A stretch of 64,000 nucleotides of DNA from Polyangiaceae bacterium (GTDB lineage Bacteria > Myxococcota_A > Polyangia > Polyangiales > Polyangiaceae), in NCBI GenBank assembly GCA_044376115.1, contig JBILLK010000024.1:32001-96000 (forward strand), in the 5' to 3' direction. The notes beneath the pieces were generated by a model that saw only the letters and a program-made list of their open reading frames with translations, was not told the DNA's origin and ran no database searches. The translations under genes and the position numbers were made by a program. Of the stretch, positions 1 through 9,308 are shown piece after piece. Each line of letters begins with the position of its first letter. Position 1 is the first letter of the stretch.

Positions 1-42
1 ACGAGCATGCCCGCAAAGCGTAGCACCCGTACCGCCGAGGCC

Positions 43-1086
43 TCAGGGCAGCTTCGAAACGAAACTCGCAATCGCGGGAACGAGGTCTTCGGCGAGCGGT
101 ATCGACGAATCTTGGTAGCACTTTTTCTGCGAGACTGGCGCAGCGGTCGACGTCTTCAGGGCGTGGCACATATCCGCAATCAGCACGAGCTCGGCGCTCG
201 GCAGACCCTCATGGAGCAGCTCGGCATCCGCGACCGAGACCTGAATATCGACCTCGCCCTGAACGAGGAGGGTCGGCACGTCCACCGTCGCGATCTCGAC
301 CTGCGGATCGAACGTGAGCCACGAGATGAGGTAGGGCTGAACATCTTCGGGCAAGATCTGATTCAGCGGCGGCGTGAGTGCACCGGCTAGCTCCCCCGCC
401 TCCAGCTTCACCAGCGCCTCTTCGAGCTCAGCGAGCTGTTCAGTCGTAAGCTGGTCGGCGAGTTGCTCGCGCAGCAGCTGCCCTGCGGGTCGCCCAGCTC
501 CCGCGAGCGACACCAGCCCATCGACCGGAGCGAGCCGCGACGCGAGGATCGCCGTCAGCGAGCCCTGGCTGTGCCCTGCGAAGACGATGTCTCCGACCCG
601 CTCGTCCGCACGGAGCTGCGTGACCCAACCCGCGGCGTCGGCGACCTCCAGATCGAAGGTGAAGTCCTCGACGGCGACCGGCGCCGCCGTAACGCTGCCG
701 CCAACGCCATGATCGTCGTACCGCAGCGACCCGATGCCCTGCGCGAGGAGAGCCTCCGCGAGCAGCCGATAGCTCCGCGGCGTACCGCCATCGCGCAGTT
801 CGCTACCCGAGCCGGAGAGGATGATGGCCACCGGCGCGGGGCCGCAGCTCTCGGGCAGGAGCAGCGTCCCTTCGAGCGTCCCGTACTGGTTCTCGAGAGT
901 GACCGTCTCCTTGGAGGCAGCGAGCTGCGTACACGGGGCGCCACCAGTACCTCCCCCAGCGCCGCCGTCGCCTCCCGTCGCGCGCTCACCGCCCTCTCCC
1001 CCTTGGGCCGCGCCTTCACCTTCACAGCCCGCGCCCGCCGTCGCGAGCATGAAACCGACCAGCCATCCAACCCACCTCGTCTTCAT
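43..1086 (-). CDS. Alpha/beta-hydrolase lipoprotein
   Basis: GHSQG nucleophile motif, GSG oxyanion region, C-terminal D/H (GEVD...MCH). Lipobox-like AGAGC after a hydrophobic stretch. Start moved to ATG 1086 (ORF track 1176). Confidence 0.85.
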   Translation of the reverse strand: MKTRWVGWLVGFMLATAGAGCEGEGAAQGGEGGERATGGDGGAGGGTGGAPCTQLAASKETVTLENQYGTLEGTLLLPESCGPAPVAIILSGSGSELRDGGTPRSYRLLAEALLAQGIGSLRYDDHGVGGSVTAAPVAVEDFTFDLEVADAAGWVTQLRADERVGDIVFAGHSQGSLTAILASRLAPVDGLVSLAGAGRPAGQLLREQLADQLTTEQLAELEEALVKLEAGELAGALTPPLNQILPEDVQPYLISWLTFDPQVEIATVDVPTLLVQGEVDIQVSVADAELLHEGLPSAELVLIADMCHALKTSTAAPVSQKKCYQDSSIPLAEDLVPAIASFVSKLP

Positions 1087-1312
1087 GGTCGGATCCGTAG
1101 GCCTTTCCTCGGGTGGGCTCCATTGACAAGATGGGACTGTGCGCGCCCTGGGCTGGGAGCCGAGCCACGTCCTCAAAGTAGACGTTGGCGGGACTATCGG
1201 AGGGGATTAGATCGTTGAAGTACCGCCCTTCAGGCCGCCAAAAGCGCGAATCCGGATGGCCCTTCGGTTGAATATCTGAGCACTCGGTGAACGGTCTGGT
1301 GATTAAGTACCC

Positions 1313-2980
1313 ATGAAACAGCATCCCTCGAGTCGCCTGTACGTTGGGCCGGTTGCGCTACTTGCGACGTTGGCGTTGGTTGGCTGCGGTGCCGAGGCAA
1401 CGAGCGCGGCGAGCGCGTCACCGACCTCCAAGGCCGCTGAGACGCCCCAAGCGAAGAAGCCGTCGAAGGATGAGGAGCGCTCCTCGGCAGCGCCCGCGCC
1501 GCAAGCGGCGGCAACGGCAGCCGCGGCGGCATCGGGAGCTGCACCGGCGCCCGACGCCGCAAGCGAAGCGGACGCCAAGGCGCGCCCTCCCCGTCCGCGT
1601 GCGGCTTCGCGCGAGCCGGTCTTTCTGGAGACGAGCTCGCAGCCCACGTCGACGTTTGGGGTCGATGTCGATACGGCGAGCTACACGCGGGTGCGGGCTT
1701 CACTGAAAGCCGGCGTGATTCCGCAGCCGAAGGACGTGCGCGTCGAGGAGATGGTGAACTACTTCCGCTACTCGTACCCGGCGCCACAGAGCGCGGCCTT
1801 CGGCTTCATGACCGACGTCGCGCGGGCGCCCTGGGAGCCGGGCAACCGCTTGGTGCGCATCGGCATCAAAGGCCGCGAGGTCGCGAACAGCCAACGGCCG
1901 CCGGCCAACATCGTGCTCTTGATCGACGCCTCCGGCTCGATGGCCGGGCCGGACAAAATGGACCTGCTGCGCGACGGCTTCTCGCGGCTGGCCGAGCGGC
2001 TCGATGAGCGCGATACCGTGGCGATCGTCGCGTATGCGGGCTCCGCAGGCGTGGTGCTTCCGCCCACGCGCGGCGATCGCAAGGCGGTCATCATCAACGC
2101 GCTCGATTCGTTCAAGGCGGGCGGCGCCACCAACGGTAGCCAAGGCATCCAGACCGGCTACGAGCTCGCCGCCGAGTCCTTCATCAATGGCGGGATCAAC
2201 CGCGTGATCCTCGCGACCGATGGCGACTTCAATCTCGGGGCCACCGCTTACTCCGAGCTCGAGTCACTGATCGAACGCAAGTCGCGCACCGGCATCTTTC
2301 TCAGCGTGCTCGGCTTCGGCAAGTTCAACCCGAACGATAAGCGATTGGAGCTTTTGGCGGATAAAGGCAACGGGCACTATGCCTTTATCGACTCCAAGGC
2401 CGAGAGCCGGCGCGTGCTGGTAGACGACCTCTCCGGCACGCTGCAAACCATCGCCAAAGACGTGAAGGTGCAAGTGCGGTGGAACCCGGCGGTGGTGCAG
2501 TCCTATCGTTTACTTGGCTATGAGAACCGAGCCTTGACCAGCACGGATTTTACCGACGATAGCAAGGACGCAGGCGACATTGGCGCGGGCCACACAGTGA
2601 CGGCGTTCTATGAGGTAAAACCGGTGTCCCAACGCAATAACGAGCTCAGCTTCGGCACGGTGGCGATTCGCTATAAAACGCCGGACAGCAGTGAAAGCAC
2701 GCCGATCGAGGTGAACCTCAGCGGCTCGGATACCTCCGCCGGAGAGATGTCCACCGACTTTCGTTTTGCGGCCAGCGTTGCGGCCTTCGGCCTCGCGTTG
2801 CGCAGCACCACCGATCGCAACAACCTCCCCTTCGATCAAATCGAGCGGCTCGCGAGCGGCGCCTTGGGCGACGACGCCGACGGCCAGCGCGCCGAGTTCG
2901 TTACGTTGGTACGCAAAGCGAGCCAGCGTTATCAGGCCGCCACGCGAGCCGTGAGGCCAGCACCGGAGCGGCACCCGTGA
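1313..2980 (+). CDS. VWA-domain lipoprotein (YfbK-like)
   Basis: STFGVDVDTASY, MIDAS DASGSM, ILATDGDFN, YRLLGYENR and DFRFAASVAAFG motifs. Lipobox LALVGC. Confidence 0.9.
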   Translation: MKQHPSSRLYVGPVALLATLALVGCGAEATSAASASPTSKAAETPQAKKPSKDEERSSAAPAPQAAATAAAAASGAAPAPDAASEADAKARPPRPRAASREPVFLETSSQPTSTFGVDVDTASYTRVRASLKAGVIPQPKDVRVEEMVNYFRYSYPAPQSAAFGFMTDVARAPWEPGNRLVRIGIKGREVANSQRPPANIVLLIDASGSMAGPDKMDLLRDGFSRLAERLDERDTVAIVAYAGSAGVVLPPTRGDRKAVIINALDSFKAGGATNGSQGIQTGYELAAESFINGGINRVILATDGDFNLGATAYSELESLIERKSRTGIFLSVLGFGKFNPNDKRLELLADKGNGHYAFIDSKAESRRVLVDDLSGTLQTIAKDVKVQVRWNPAVVQSYRLLGYENRALTSTDFTDDSKDAGDIGAGHTVTAFYEVKPVSQRNNELSFGTVAIRYKTPDSSESTPIEVNLSGSDTSAGEMSTDFRFAASVAAFGLALRSTTDRNNLPFDQIERLASGALGDDADGQRAEFVTLVRKASQRYQAATRAVRPAPERHP

Positions 2981-2996
2981 GCCGTGAGCGGCTCGG

Positions 2997-3977
2997 TTAC
3001 ACGCCCCCGGCTTTGGGGCTGCGGCCGAGATGTTTGAGCACCTGCTGCAGGTCGGACCAGACCATGCCTTTGATCTCACGGGTGGGCTGACGCAGGACGT
3101 AGGCGGGATGAAACGTCGGCATCAGCGGGATTTTGCCGCGGAACAAACGCCAGGAGCCGCGTGCTTTGGTGATGCCCTCGGAGGGGCCCATCAAGCCTTT
3201 GAGCGCCGTTGAACCGAGCGCCACGATCACTTTGGGCGTGACCACCTCGAGCTGCTCCTGCAGATACGGAAGGCACGTGGCCATCTCACTGGCCTCCGGC
3301 GTGCGGTTCTCGGGCGGCCGGCACTTCACCACGTTGCAGATATAAACGTCGTTCGGCCCGAGCCCCATCGCTTGGATCATCTTGTCCAGCAGCTGGCCGG
3401 CCTTCCCAACGAAGGGCAGGCCTTCACGGTCCTCATCGGCGCCAGGCCCCTCCCCGACGAAGCAAAGCTCGGCCGACGGATCACCGCGCGAAAAGACGGT
3501 TTGGCTGCGACCTTGATGCAGCCCGCAAGCCACGCAGGCCTTCACCCGTTGATCGATCAGCTGCAATTTTGCGCGGCGCTCCTCGTTCGAAAGCACCACC
3601 AGCGGCGCTGCCACTTTGGGCGCGGCGGCGGGCGCCTCGAAGGTCGGCATGGCGAAGGTCGGGCGCTGCTCCGGCGCGGGCTGCGCCTCGTGCGCGTGGT
3701 GCGCGGAGTGCGCGTCTTGGCCAGCGTTGAAGGAGGCCGGCGCAGGCGCATTGAACGCTGCGGGCGCCGGGTGATGCGCTGCAACCGGGGCGGACGCAGC
3801 ATGCGCAGAATCGACGGGCCGCGCGGCGCGCTTGGGCTCACCGCGCGGAAAGCCGCTGGTGCCGCACTCGGCGTGCCACCAAACGAATTCGCGAGCGGCG
3901 CGAACGAACTCGGCCGCCTCGTCGAATAACTCGGCCGAGTCTTCCGACTCGGCCGAGTTCGTCTCAGTGGGCGTCAT
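2997..3977 (-). CDS. Uracil-DNA glycosylase family 4 with Pro/Ala-rich N-terminal extension
   Basis: CxxC Fe-S ligands, GEGPG, FVGKAG, KCRPPENR and TFHPAY motifs. Confidence 0.93.
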   Translation of the reverse strand: MTPTETNSAESEDSAELFDEAAEFVRAAREFVWWHAECGTSGFPRGEPKRAARPVDSAHAASAPVAAHHPAPAAFNAPAPASFNAGQDAHSAHHAHEAQPAPEQRPTFAMPTFEAPAAAPKVAAPLVVLSNEERRAKLQLIDQRVKACVACGLHQGRSQTVFSRGDPSAELCFVGEGPGADEDREGLPFVGKAGQLLDKMIQAMGLGPNDVYICNVVKCRPPENRTPEASEMATCLPYLQEQLEVVTPKVIVALGSTALKGLMGPSEGITKARGSWRLFRGKIPLMPTFHPAYVLRQPTREIKGMVWSDLQQVLKHLGRSPKAGGV

Positions 3978-4938
3978 TCGCCGCTAGCCAACGCTCGGCT
4001 TCGAGCGCGGCCATACAGCCCGAACCAGCTGCCGTGACGGCCTGCCGGAAGACGAAGTCTTGAACGTCGCCTGAGGCGAAGAAGCCGGGAACGTTGGTCT
4101 GCGTGGTCCCGGGGATGGTCTTGATGTAGCCGTTGTCGAGCAGCTCGACCTGGCCCTTGAACAGATCGGCGAGCGGCGTGTGGCCGATGGCGACGAACAT
4201 AGCGGCGGCCGGGATGTCGGTGATCGCACCGGTCTTGGTGCTCTTCACGCGCACGCCGGTCACGTGATCTTCCTCGACGCCGAGCACCTCTTCCACGGTG
4301 TGGCTGTACATGATCTTGATCTTGGGGTTCTTGATCACGCGCTCTTGCATCGTTACCGACGCGCGGAACTCATCCCGACGGTGCACCAGCGTGACGCTCT
4401 TGCACATGCCGGTGAGGTAGTTGGCCTCCTCCATCGCCGTGTCACCGCCACCGACCACGACCACGTCCTGGTTGCGGAAGAAGGCGCCGTCGCACACGGC
4501 ACAGGCGCTGACGCCTTTGTTCTTGAGCTTGTTCTCGCTCTCGAGGCCGACGTAGTTGGCGCGCGCGCCGGTGGAGGCGATCACCGTCTTGGCTTTGAAG
4601 GCCCGCTCGACGCCTTCCGAATCCATCGCCCACAGTTCGAACGGGCGCTTCGAAAGATCGATGCGGGTCACGTCGCCGGTGATGATGTCACAGCCCTGGT
4701 GCACGGCCTGCGCACGGAAACGCTCCATCAGCTCCTGGCCGGTCACCTTCTCGGGGAAGCCGGGGTAGTTCTCGACCTCGCTCGTGAACATGAGCTGCCC
4801 ACCGGGGATGAGCCCGCCAGCGTTGAAGCCCTCGATGCAAAGCGGCTTCAAATTGGCGCGAGCCGCGTAGATGGCTGCCGTCAACCCGGCAGGCCCCGAA
4901 CCGATGATGATCACATTGCGAACGTCAGAATCACTCAT
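3964..4938 (-). CDS. trxB: Thioredoxin-disulfide reductase
   Basis: GSGPAG FAD motif, CAVC redox pair, GGGDTAMEEA NADPH motif, RQAVTAAGSG. Confidence 0.97.
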   Translation of the reverse strand: MSDSDVRNVIIIGSGPAGLTAAIYAARANLKPLCIEGFNAGGLIPGGQLMFTSEVENYPGFPEKVTGQELMERFRAQAVHQGCDIITGDVTRIDLSKRPFELWAMDSEGVERAFKAKTVIASTGARANYVGLESENKLKNKGVSACAVCDGAFFRNQDVVVVGGGDTAMEEANYLTGMCKSVTLVHRRDEFRASVTMQERVIKNPKIKIMYSHTVEEVLGVEEDHVTGVRVKSTKTGAITDIPAAAMFVAIGHTPLADLFKGQVELLDNGYIKTIPGTTQTNVPGFFASGDVQDFVFRQAVTAAGSGCMAALEAERWLAANDAH

Positions 4939-4961
4939 GGGGAAACAGCTCCTTCAACCGA

Positions 4962-6542
4962 CTAGAACCGCAAGGTACCGCCGAGCGCCAGCTCATTCAG
5001 CTGCGATTCCAGCGACCCTCCGTTTACAGCTTGTTGGCTCCGGGACCCAGTAGATAGGTCGCCTGAGAGCGCACGAACCTTGCCTTTGCCTCCGTTATCC
5101 AGCGTTCCGTAGAAGGTATGCTGGTAAGCGAGGGACATATCCACCGGTCCGAGACGCACCGTTCCACCAGCAGAAACGCCGGCCTTCCAGCCCATGTGGA
5201 AATCGAGGTTGAGGTATTCGTCGTCCTGACCTTTGCCCTCGAAGAAGCCACCGGCGCGCGCTGCCAGGAAGTTGGGCAGGATGGTGAAATCACCGCCGAA
5301 GCGCACGCCCAAAACGTCCTTCCAGTTGTGCGGGATATCGCCGTCTTCCGGCACCGTTCCAGGCGTGCCCTTCACCGGGATGCCCGGATCAAACTGGATC
5401 TCAACCGCTTTGACCTGGCTGTTGTGAGCCCAGGTGAGGTCGATCTCGAAGTCGAAGAGATCATCGGAGAGCGGATCTCGCACGTAATCGCGGCGCACCG
5501 ACCAGCTCGGATGGTCCGAGCCTTTGAGCGGATGGTGATAACGCATGCCGAGCTTGGCCTCGGCCGGGATGGCCAAACGGAAGCTGCCGGCGTCCTCGAT
5601 GTCGGTCAGGTTGCAACCTGGATCCGTGGGGGTGCACGGCTGCTCGTTCTTGGTACCGCCGGCCAGCCAGTAGCCGCTCTCGAGCTTGAGGGCGGTGCGC
5701 GCCGAGAAGGCGTCGGACCAGCGGAACCAAGCGCCGAGATCGAAGTTCTTGGTCGCGCGCCAATTGGCGCCGAGTACGAAGCCCGGCACGAACATGTCGC
5801 TGGTGTTGAGCGTGGCCTTCACGTCGCGGGTGAAGTCGTCTTCGGCCGAGCCGGAGGTAGCCTCGGTGAAGGTTGAAAGCTCGGCGTTGGCGATGCCCCA
5901 GGTGAAACCAGCGCCGACCGAGAGCTCATCCGGGATCACCGCGTAGCTCACGCTGACGGTGGGAAAGAGCAGGATCGAGTTCTGGCCGGCGAGCAGGTAA
6001 CGGCCGGGTGCAGGCTGCGTACGCGAATTACCGAGGAAGTCGAACTCGACCGACTCGCCCCAATCAACGTTGCCGACCGCATGCGGGGCCACGATGGCCA
6101 CGCCGACCGCCAGGCGATCCATCGGGCGAAAGACCGCCGCGATCTGGGGGTTGGGAAACACGCCGGTGGTGCACTGGGCTGCATCCGGACCGTTCTCTTG
6201 ACCGGGACCAGGAACCGCGTTGCCTGGCGAAATCGGCTCACCGTTCTCGTCCACGCGGGTGAAACACGAACTCTGGATCATCAGGTGTGCGCCGAGATGA
6301 ACGCCGTTGGCTTGGAACGACATCGCCGCCGGGTTCATGTAAACGGCCATCGGATCATCGGCGCGCGCCACCCAGGCGCCACCACGACCGACCTGAGCGA
6401 CGCCAACGTCAGGCGAATCGAGGCCGTTGGAGGCCTGGGCCTCGTGCGAGAGCGCGAGGGCCAGAGCTGAAGCCACGCCTGCGAGCAGCCCGCTTCGAGA
6501 ATTGAACGACATGAGGAACCTCTCCGAGAGCGGCTTGTTCAT
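4962..6542 (-). CDS. Outer-membrane beta-barrel, FadL/long-chain fatty acid transporter-like
   Basis: Signal peptide, GRGGAWVARADDPMAVYMNPAAM N-terminal hatch motif, amphipathic strands, C-terminal Phe. ATGA overlap with the upstream gene. Confidence 0.8.
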   Translation of the reverse strand: MNKPLSERFLMSFNSRSGLLAGVASALALALSHEAQASNGLDSPDVGVAQVGRGGAWVARADDPMAVYMNPAAMSFQANGVHLGAHLMIQSSCFTRVDENGEPISPGNAVPGPGQENGPDAAQCTTGVFPNPQIAAVFRPMDRLAVGVAIVAPHAVGNVDWGESVEFDFLGNSRTQPAPGRYLLAGQNSILLFPTVSVSYAVIPDELSVGAGFTWGIANAELSTFTEATSGSAEDDFTRDVKATLNTSDMFVPGFVLGANWRATKNFDLGAWFRWSDAFSARTALKLESGYWLAGGTKNEQPCTPTDPGCNLTDIEDAGSFRLAIPAEAKLGMRYHHPLKGSDHPSWSVRRDYVRDPLSDDLFDFEIDLTWAHNSQVKAVEIQFDPGIPVKGTPGTVPEDGDIPHNWKDVLGVRFGGDFTILPNFLAARAGGFFEGKGQDDEYLNLDFHMGWKAGVSAGGTVRLGPVDMSLAYQHTFYGTLDNGGKGKVRALSGDLSTGSRSQQAVNGGSLESQLNELALGGTLRF

Positions 6543-8215
6543 TTGACCGGCGATGCGCGCAGCGCAGCCTTTCCATCTTTGGCGTACACAGTGAACTTCA
6601 CGCTGGTGCAGGTATGGCGCGAAAGCAGCGCGGCCTTGTTGCGCTCCAGCGTGCCCTTGAAGCGGTCGAAGGTGAGACCTTCCACCGACTCACCGCACTG
6701 CTTCTTCATCTTCAGGAACTCTTCGTAGATACCCTTCCACTCGACCAATTCATCGGCCGGTGAAGGCGCCGCTGACGAGGCCGGTGCGACCTGCTCCTCG
6801 GTCACCAAGCTGCCCGACACACTGAGCGGAGCGGCCGGTACCACCACGGCCGGCATGCCGGCGCTGCTCGGCTTGGGCGGCGGAGGCGGCGCGGGCGGTG
6901 CGCCCACACCATCGCTGCTCGGCTTGGGCGGCGGGGCCGGCGGCGGCTTCGGAAGCGCCTTGGGCTTTTCGTCCACCGGCGCCGCATCCGGCACGGCGAA
7001 GGCGCTCATCTGCGGCTGCGCCGGCAGCGGACCGATCACTGACTCGAGATCCGCAGCCCGACGCGTGATGCCGCCTTTGGCCGCGACCTTGTCGACGCCG
7101 TCGTTGATGTCGGCGGCGATCTTCTTGAAGGCGCCGCGGAATTTGGAGGGCGAGAAGGTGTCGATCTTGGCTGCCGCAAACGCCTGCGCGTTCTTGCGGA
7201 AGGTGGAGAGCGGCATCGAGTGCTCGATCACCGTGAACAGAATGCCGAGCAGGCCGAGGCCGAGCGCGACGCCGATCAAGAGGCCGGTGGGCACTTTGTC
7301 TTTGTCGGTCTGGTCGGCGGCGCGGAAGAAGTCGGCCGGGGACTCGAGCAAAGTGACCTTGCGCGCGACGATGTAGCCGCTGCCGAGATCCCAAGCCTCA
7401 CCGGGGACGCGCGTGTAGACGATGCCGACGTCGCGGCGCGGACGGCGAACCAAGGTGCGCCCGACCTCTTGGTACTCCTTCGTCTCGGAGGCCTCCTTCA
7501 TGTCGCTTTGCATGACGTCGAAATCGCCCGGCGAAAGCGACGCTGTGTCGGCCTCGCTGTGCGGCGCCGCACCGAAGTTGCGGCGCACGCCCAGCGAGTA
7601 GAACGCCACCGAAGCGCCGGTGCGTTGATTGACCCGCTGCGCGAAGGTTGCGTCCACCGCGGTCAGACCGATCACCGCACCGATCGGCTCGCCGCCGCCG
7701 TCGCGTTCGACCGGACGCGCCACCACGCGCATGATCTCCTCACGCACGACCCAAGCGTCATCCCGAATCCAGCCGGCCAGGGCGTCCGCGACCACGGCGT
7801 GACCGCCGAGGTTCCAGTCTTCACGGTCGTTCGAGTTCCACTGCGCAACCAAGCGACCGTCGGCGTCCACCAGGTAGACCTTGGTGAAGCGCTGATCCTC
7901 GGCCACGTCTTTGAGCGCCTTGTCGAGCGCGCCGGTCGCTTTGGTGCGCGACTCCTTCGGCACGGCATCGGCCTCGCTGCTCTTGGCCACCGCCTCGCGC
8001 AGCTCGGGGTTGAGTGCGACCGGCAGCAAGGCCGCAGCGCGGTTGCGCGCATCGTCCTTCAAATACAGCGCGACGGCCGAGGCATCGGCCATCAGCGCCT
8101 CGTTCATCCAACGTTCGGTGTGGCGGTTGTAGAAGCTATGCGCGATGTAGAGCACGCCCACGGCTACGGCCAACGCCAAGCTCAGAATCGGGTACCAGAA
8201 ACGCGATAGCACCAT
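6539..8215 (-). CDS. MXAN_5187-family membrane protein
   Basis: Two TM helices flanking a Cache-like periplasmic region, Pro-rich linker, and C-terminal EFLKMKKQCGESVEGLTFDRF...FTVYAKDGKAALRA domain. Confidence 0.8.
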   Translation of the reverse strand: MVLSRFWYPILSLALAVAVGVLYIAHSFYNRHTERWMNEALMADASAVALYLKDDARNRAAALLPVALNPELREAVAKSSEADAVPKESRTKATGALDKALKDVAEDQRFTKVYLVDADGRLVAQWNSNDREDWNLGGHAVVADALAGWIRDDAWVVREEIMRVVARPVERDGGGEPIGAVIGLTAVDATFAQRVNQRTGASVAFYSLGVRRNFGAAPHSEADTASLSPGDFDVMQSDMKEASETKEYQEVGRTLVRRPRRDVGIVYTRVPGEAWDLGSGYIVARKVTLLESPADFFRAADQTDKDKVPTGLLIGVALGLGLLGILFTVIEHSMPLSTFRKNAQAFAAAKIDTFSPSKFRGAFKKIAADINDGVDKVAAKGGITRRAADLESVIGPLPAQPQMSAFAVPDAAPVDEKPKALPKPPPAPPPKPSSDGVGAPPAPPPPPKPSSAGMPAVVVPAAPLSVSGSLVTEEQVAPASSAAPSPADELVEWKGIYEEFLKMKKQCGESVEGLTFDRFKGTLERNKAALLSRHTCTSVKFTVYAKDGKAALRASPVK

Positions 8216-8218
8216 GGC

Positions 8219-8989
8219 TCAGCCTCCCGCCTTGGGGGCCTCTTTGGTCGGCTCGGTCTTCTTATCAGGCCCGGCTTTGAGCGGGTCCTTCAGCAGCTGC
8301 TCGGCGGGCAGCGGCTTGACCTCCCACGGCATCGCCTCGCCCACCGGCTCACCGCTGAAGTAGGTGCGCAAGGTGTATGTCCCCGGCTCCAGATCGATCG
8401 AAAAATCCCCTTTGCGATTGGGGAAGATCGCCTTGTGCGCCTTGGGCTCGACCACGATCCACGAGCGCAGACTGGGCGAGAGCTCATCACGGAACTCGTA
8501 TTTGCCCGGGCCGGGCGGCGTCCACGTGCGCGTCGCGTCGGGCTTCATCACGCCCTTCGACAGTTGGCCTTTGCCGCTCACCTCGTAGATCGAACGGTCG
8601 GTCGGATCGTGGTTCTCGAACAAGATCTCCTGCCCCGGCGCGACCACCAAGGTCACCACCGACGTTCGGCCGCCCTCGATCACCACGCGAATCGGCGTCT
8701 TGAGCGGCTGCGCGTCGGCCTCGGTAAGCGCCACGATGCAAAGCTCTTTCTGCATGTGACCGCGCAAGATGCGCACGTCCGGCGGCACCGAAGGCGAAGG
8801 CTCGCGGAAGGTGAAACGATGCGCGGCCGGATCCTTCGCCTCGTTCCAAACCGGATTGAGCAGCTCGTGTGTGTTGCCGACCTTGCCCTTGATCGTCGCG
8901 GCCAGCACGCCCGACGGTAAAACACACAAAACTGCGACCAGCGCAGCCTTTCGTACAACCCGAGAAGTACCCTGGGATCGAAGCTTCAT
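8219..8989 (-). CDS. Exported protein with cupredoxin/carboxypeptidase-regulatory-like beta domains
   Basis: Signal peptide, FENHD..., PGKYEF and GDFSIDLEPGTYTL beta motifs. First gene of the minus-strand operon. Start uncertain (ORF track 9052). Confidence 0.6.
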   Translation of the reverse strand: MKLRSQGTSRVVRKAALVAVLCVLPSGVLAATIKGKVGNTHELLNPVWNEAKDPAAHRFTFREPSPSVPPDVRILRGHMQKELCIVALTEADAQPLKTPIRVVIEGGRTSVVTLVVAPGQEILFENHDPTDRSIYEVSGKGQLSKGVMKPDATRTWTPPGPGKYEFRDELSPSLRSWIVVEPKAHKAIFPNRKGDFSIDLEPGTYTLRTYFSGEPVGEAMPWEVKPLPAEQLLKDPLKAGPDKKTEPTKEAPKAGG

Positions 8990-9050
8990 CGAGCGAGCGA
9001 AGCTATCACCACCTTCTGGCGCCTCTCCAGCGACGCAAAGAGCTTGGCAC

Positions 9051-9088
9051 AAAAAGGCGGACGGGCCGCATGTGTGTGCGACCCGTCC
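9051..9088 (-). terminator. Rho-independent terminator of 6S RNA
   Basis: Minus strand reads GGACGGGTCGCA-CACACA-TGCGGCCCGTCC followed by GCCTTTTT. Confidence 0.8.
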
Positions 9089-9093
9089 ATAAG

Positions 9094-9274
9094 CGTCCCG
9101 CCGCCGCGTCCCGATCGACGTGGAACCCCTAGCAAGTTGCTAGGTGGGTGCCGGCGGGCTGCTTTAGGCTTCCCAGTGAAAAAATCTGGGCTTGCTCACC
9201 ACGGCCGAGGTGCTGGCTCCCGGGTTCGTGCTTACTCGGGATTCATAAATCGATGGGTTAACGACGGCGGAACG
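9094..9274 (-). ncRNA. ssrS: 6S RNA
   Basis: About 181 nt. The 5' end CGTTCCGCCGTCG pairs with the 3' end CGGCGGCGGGACG. Internal GGGAGC...GGTGAGC...GGGAAGCCTAAA...GGCACCCACCT...GGGGTTC motifs are typical of 6S RNA. Has its own promoter and terminator. Confidence 0.85.
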
Positions 9275-9280
9275 AAGTTG

Positions 9281-9308
9281 AGCATAGGGGCTTCAGCGCC
9301 TCAGTCAA
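9281..9308 (-). promoter_or_regulatory. Sigma70-type promoter of ssrS
   Basis: Minus strand TTGACT-N16-TATGCT, 6 nt upstream of the 6S terminal stem. The -35 element overlaps the mpl stop codon. Confidence 0.7.
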
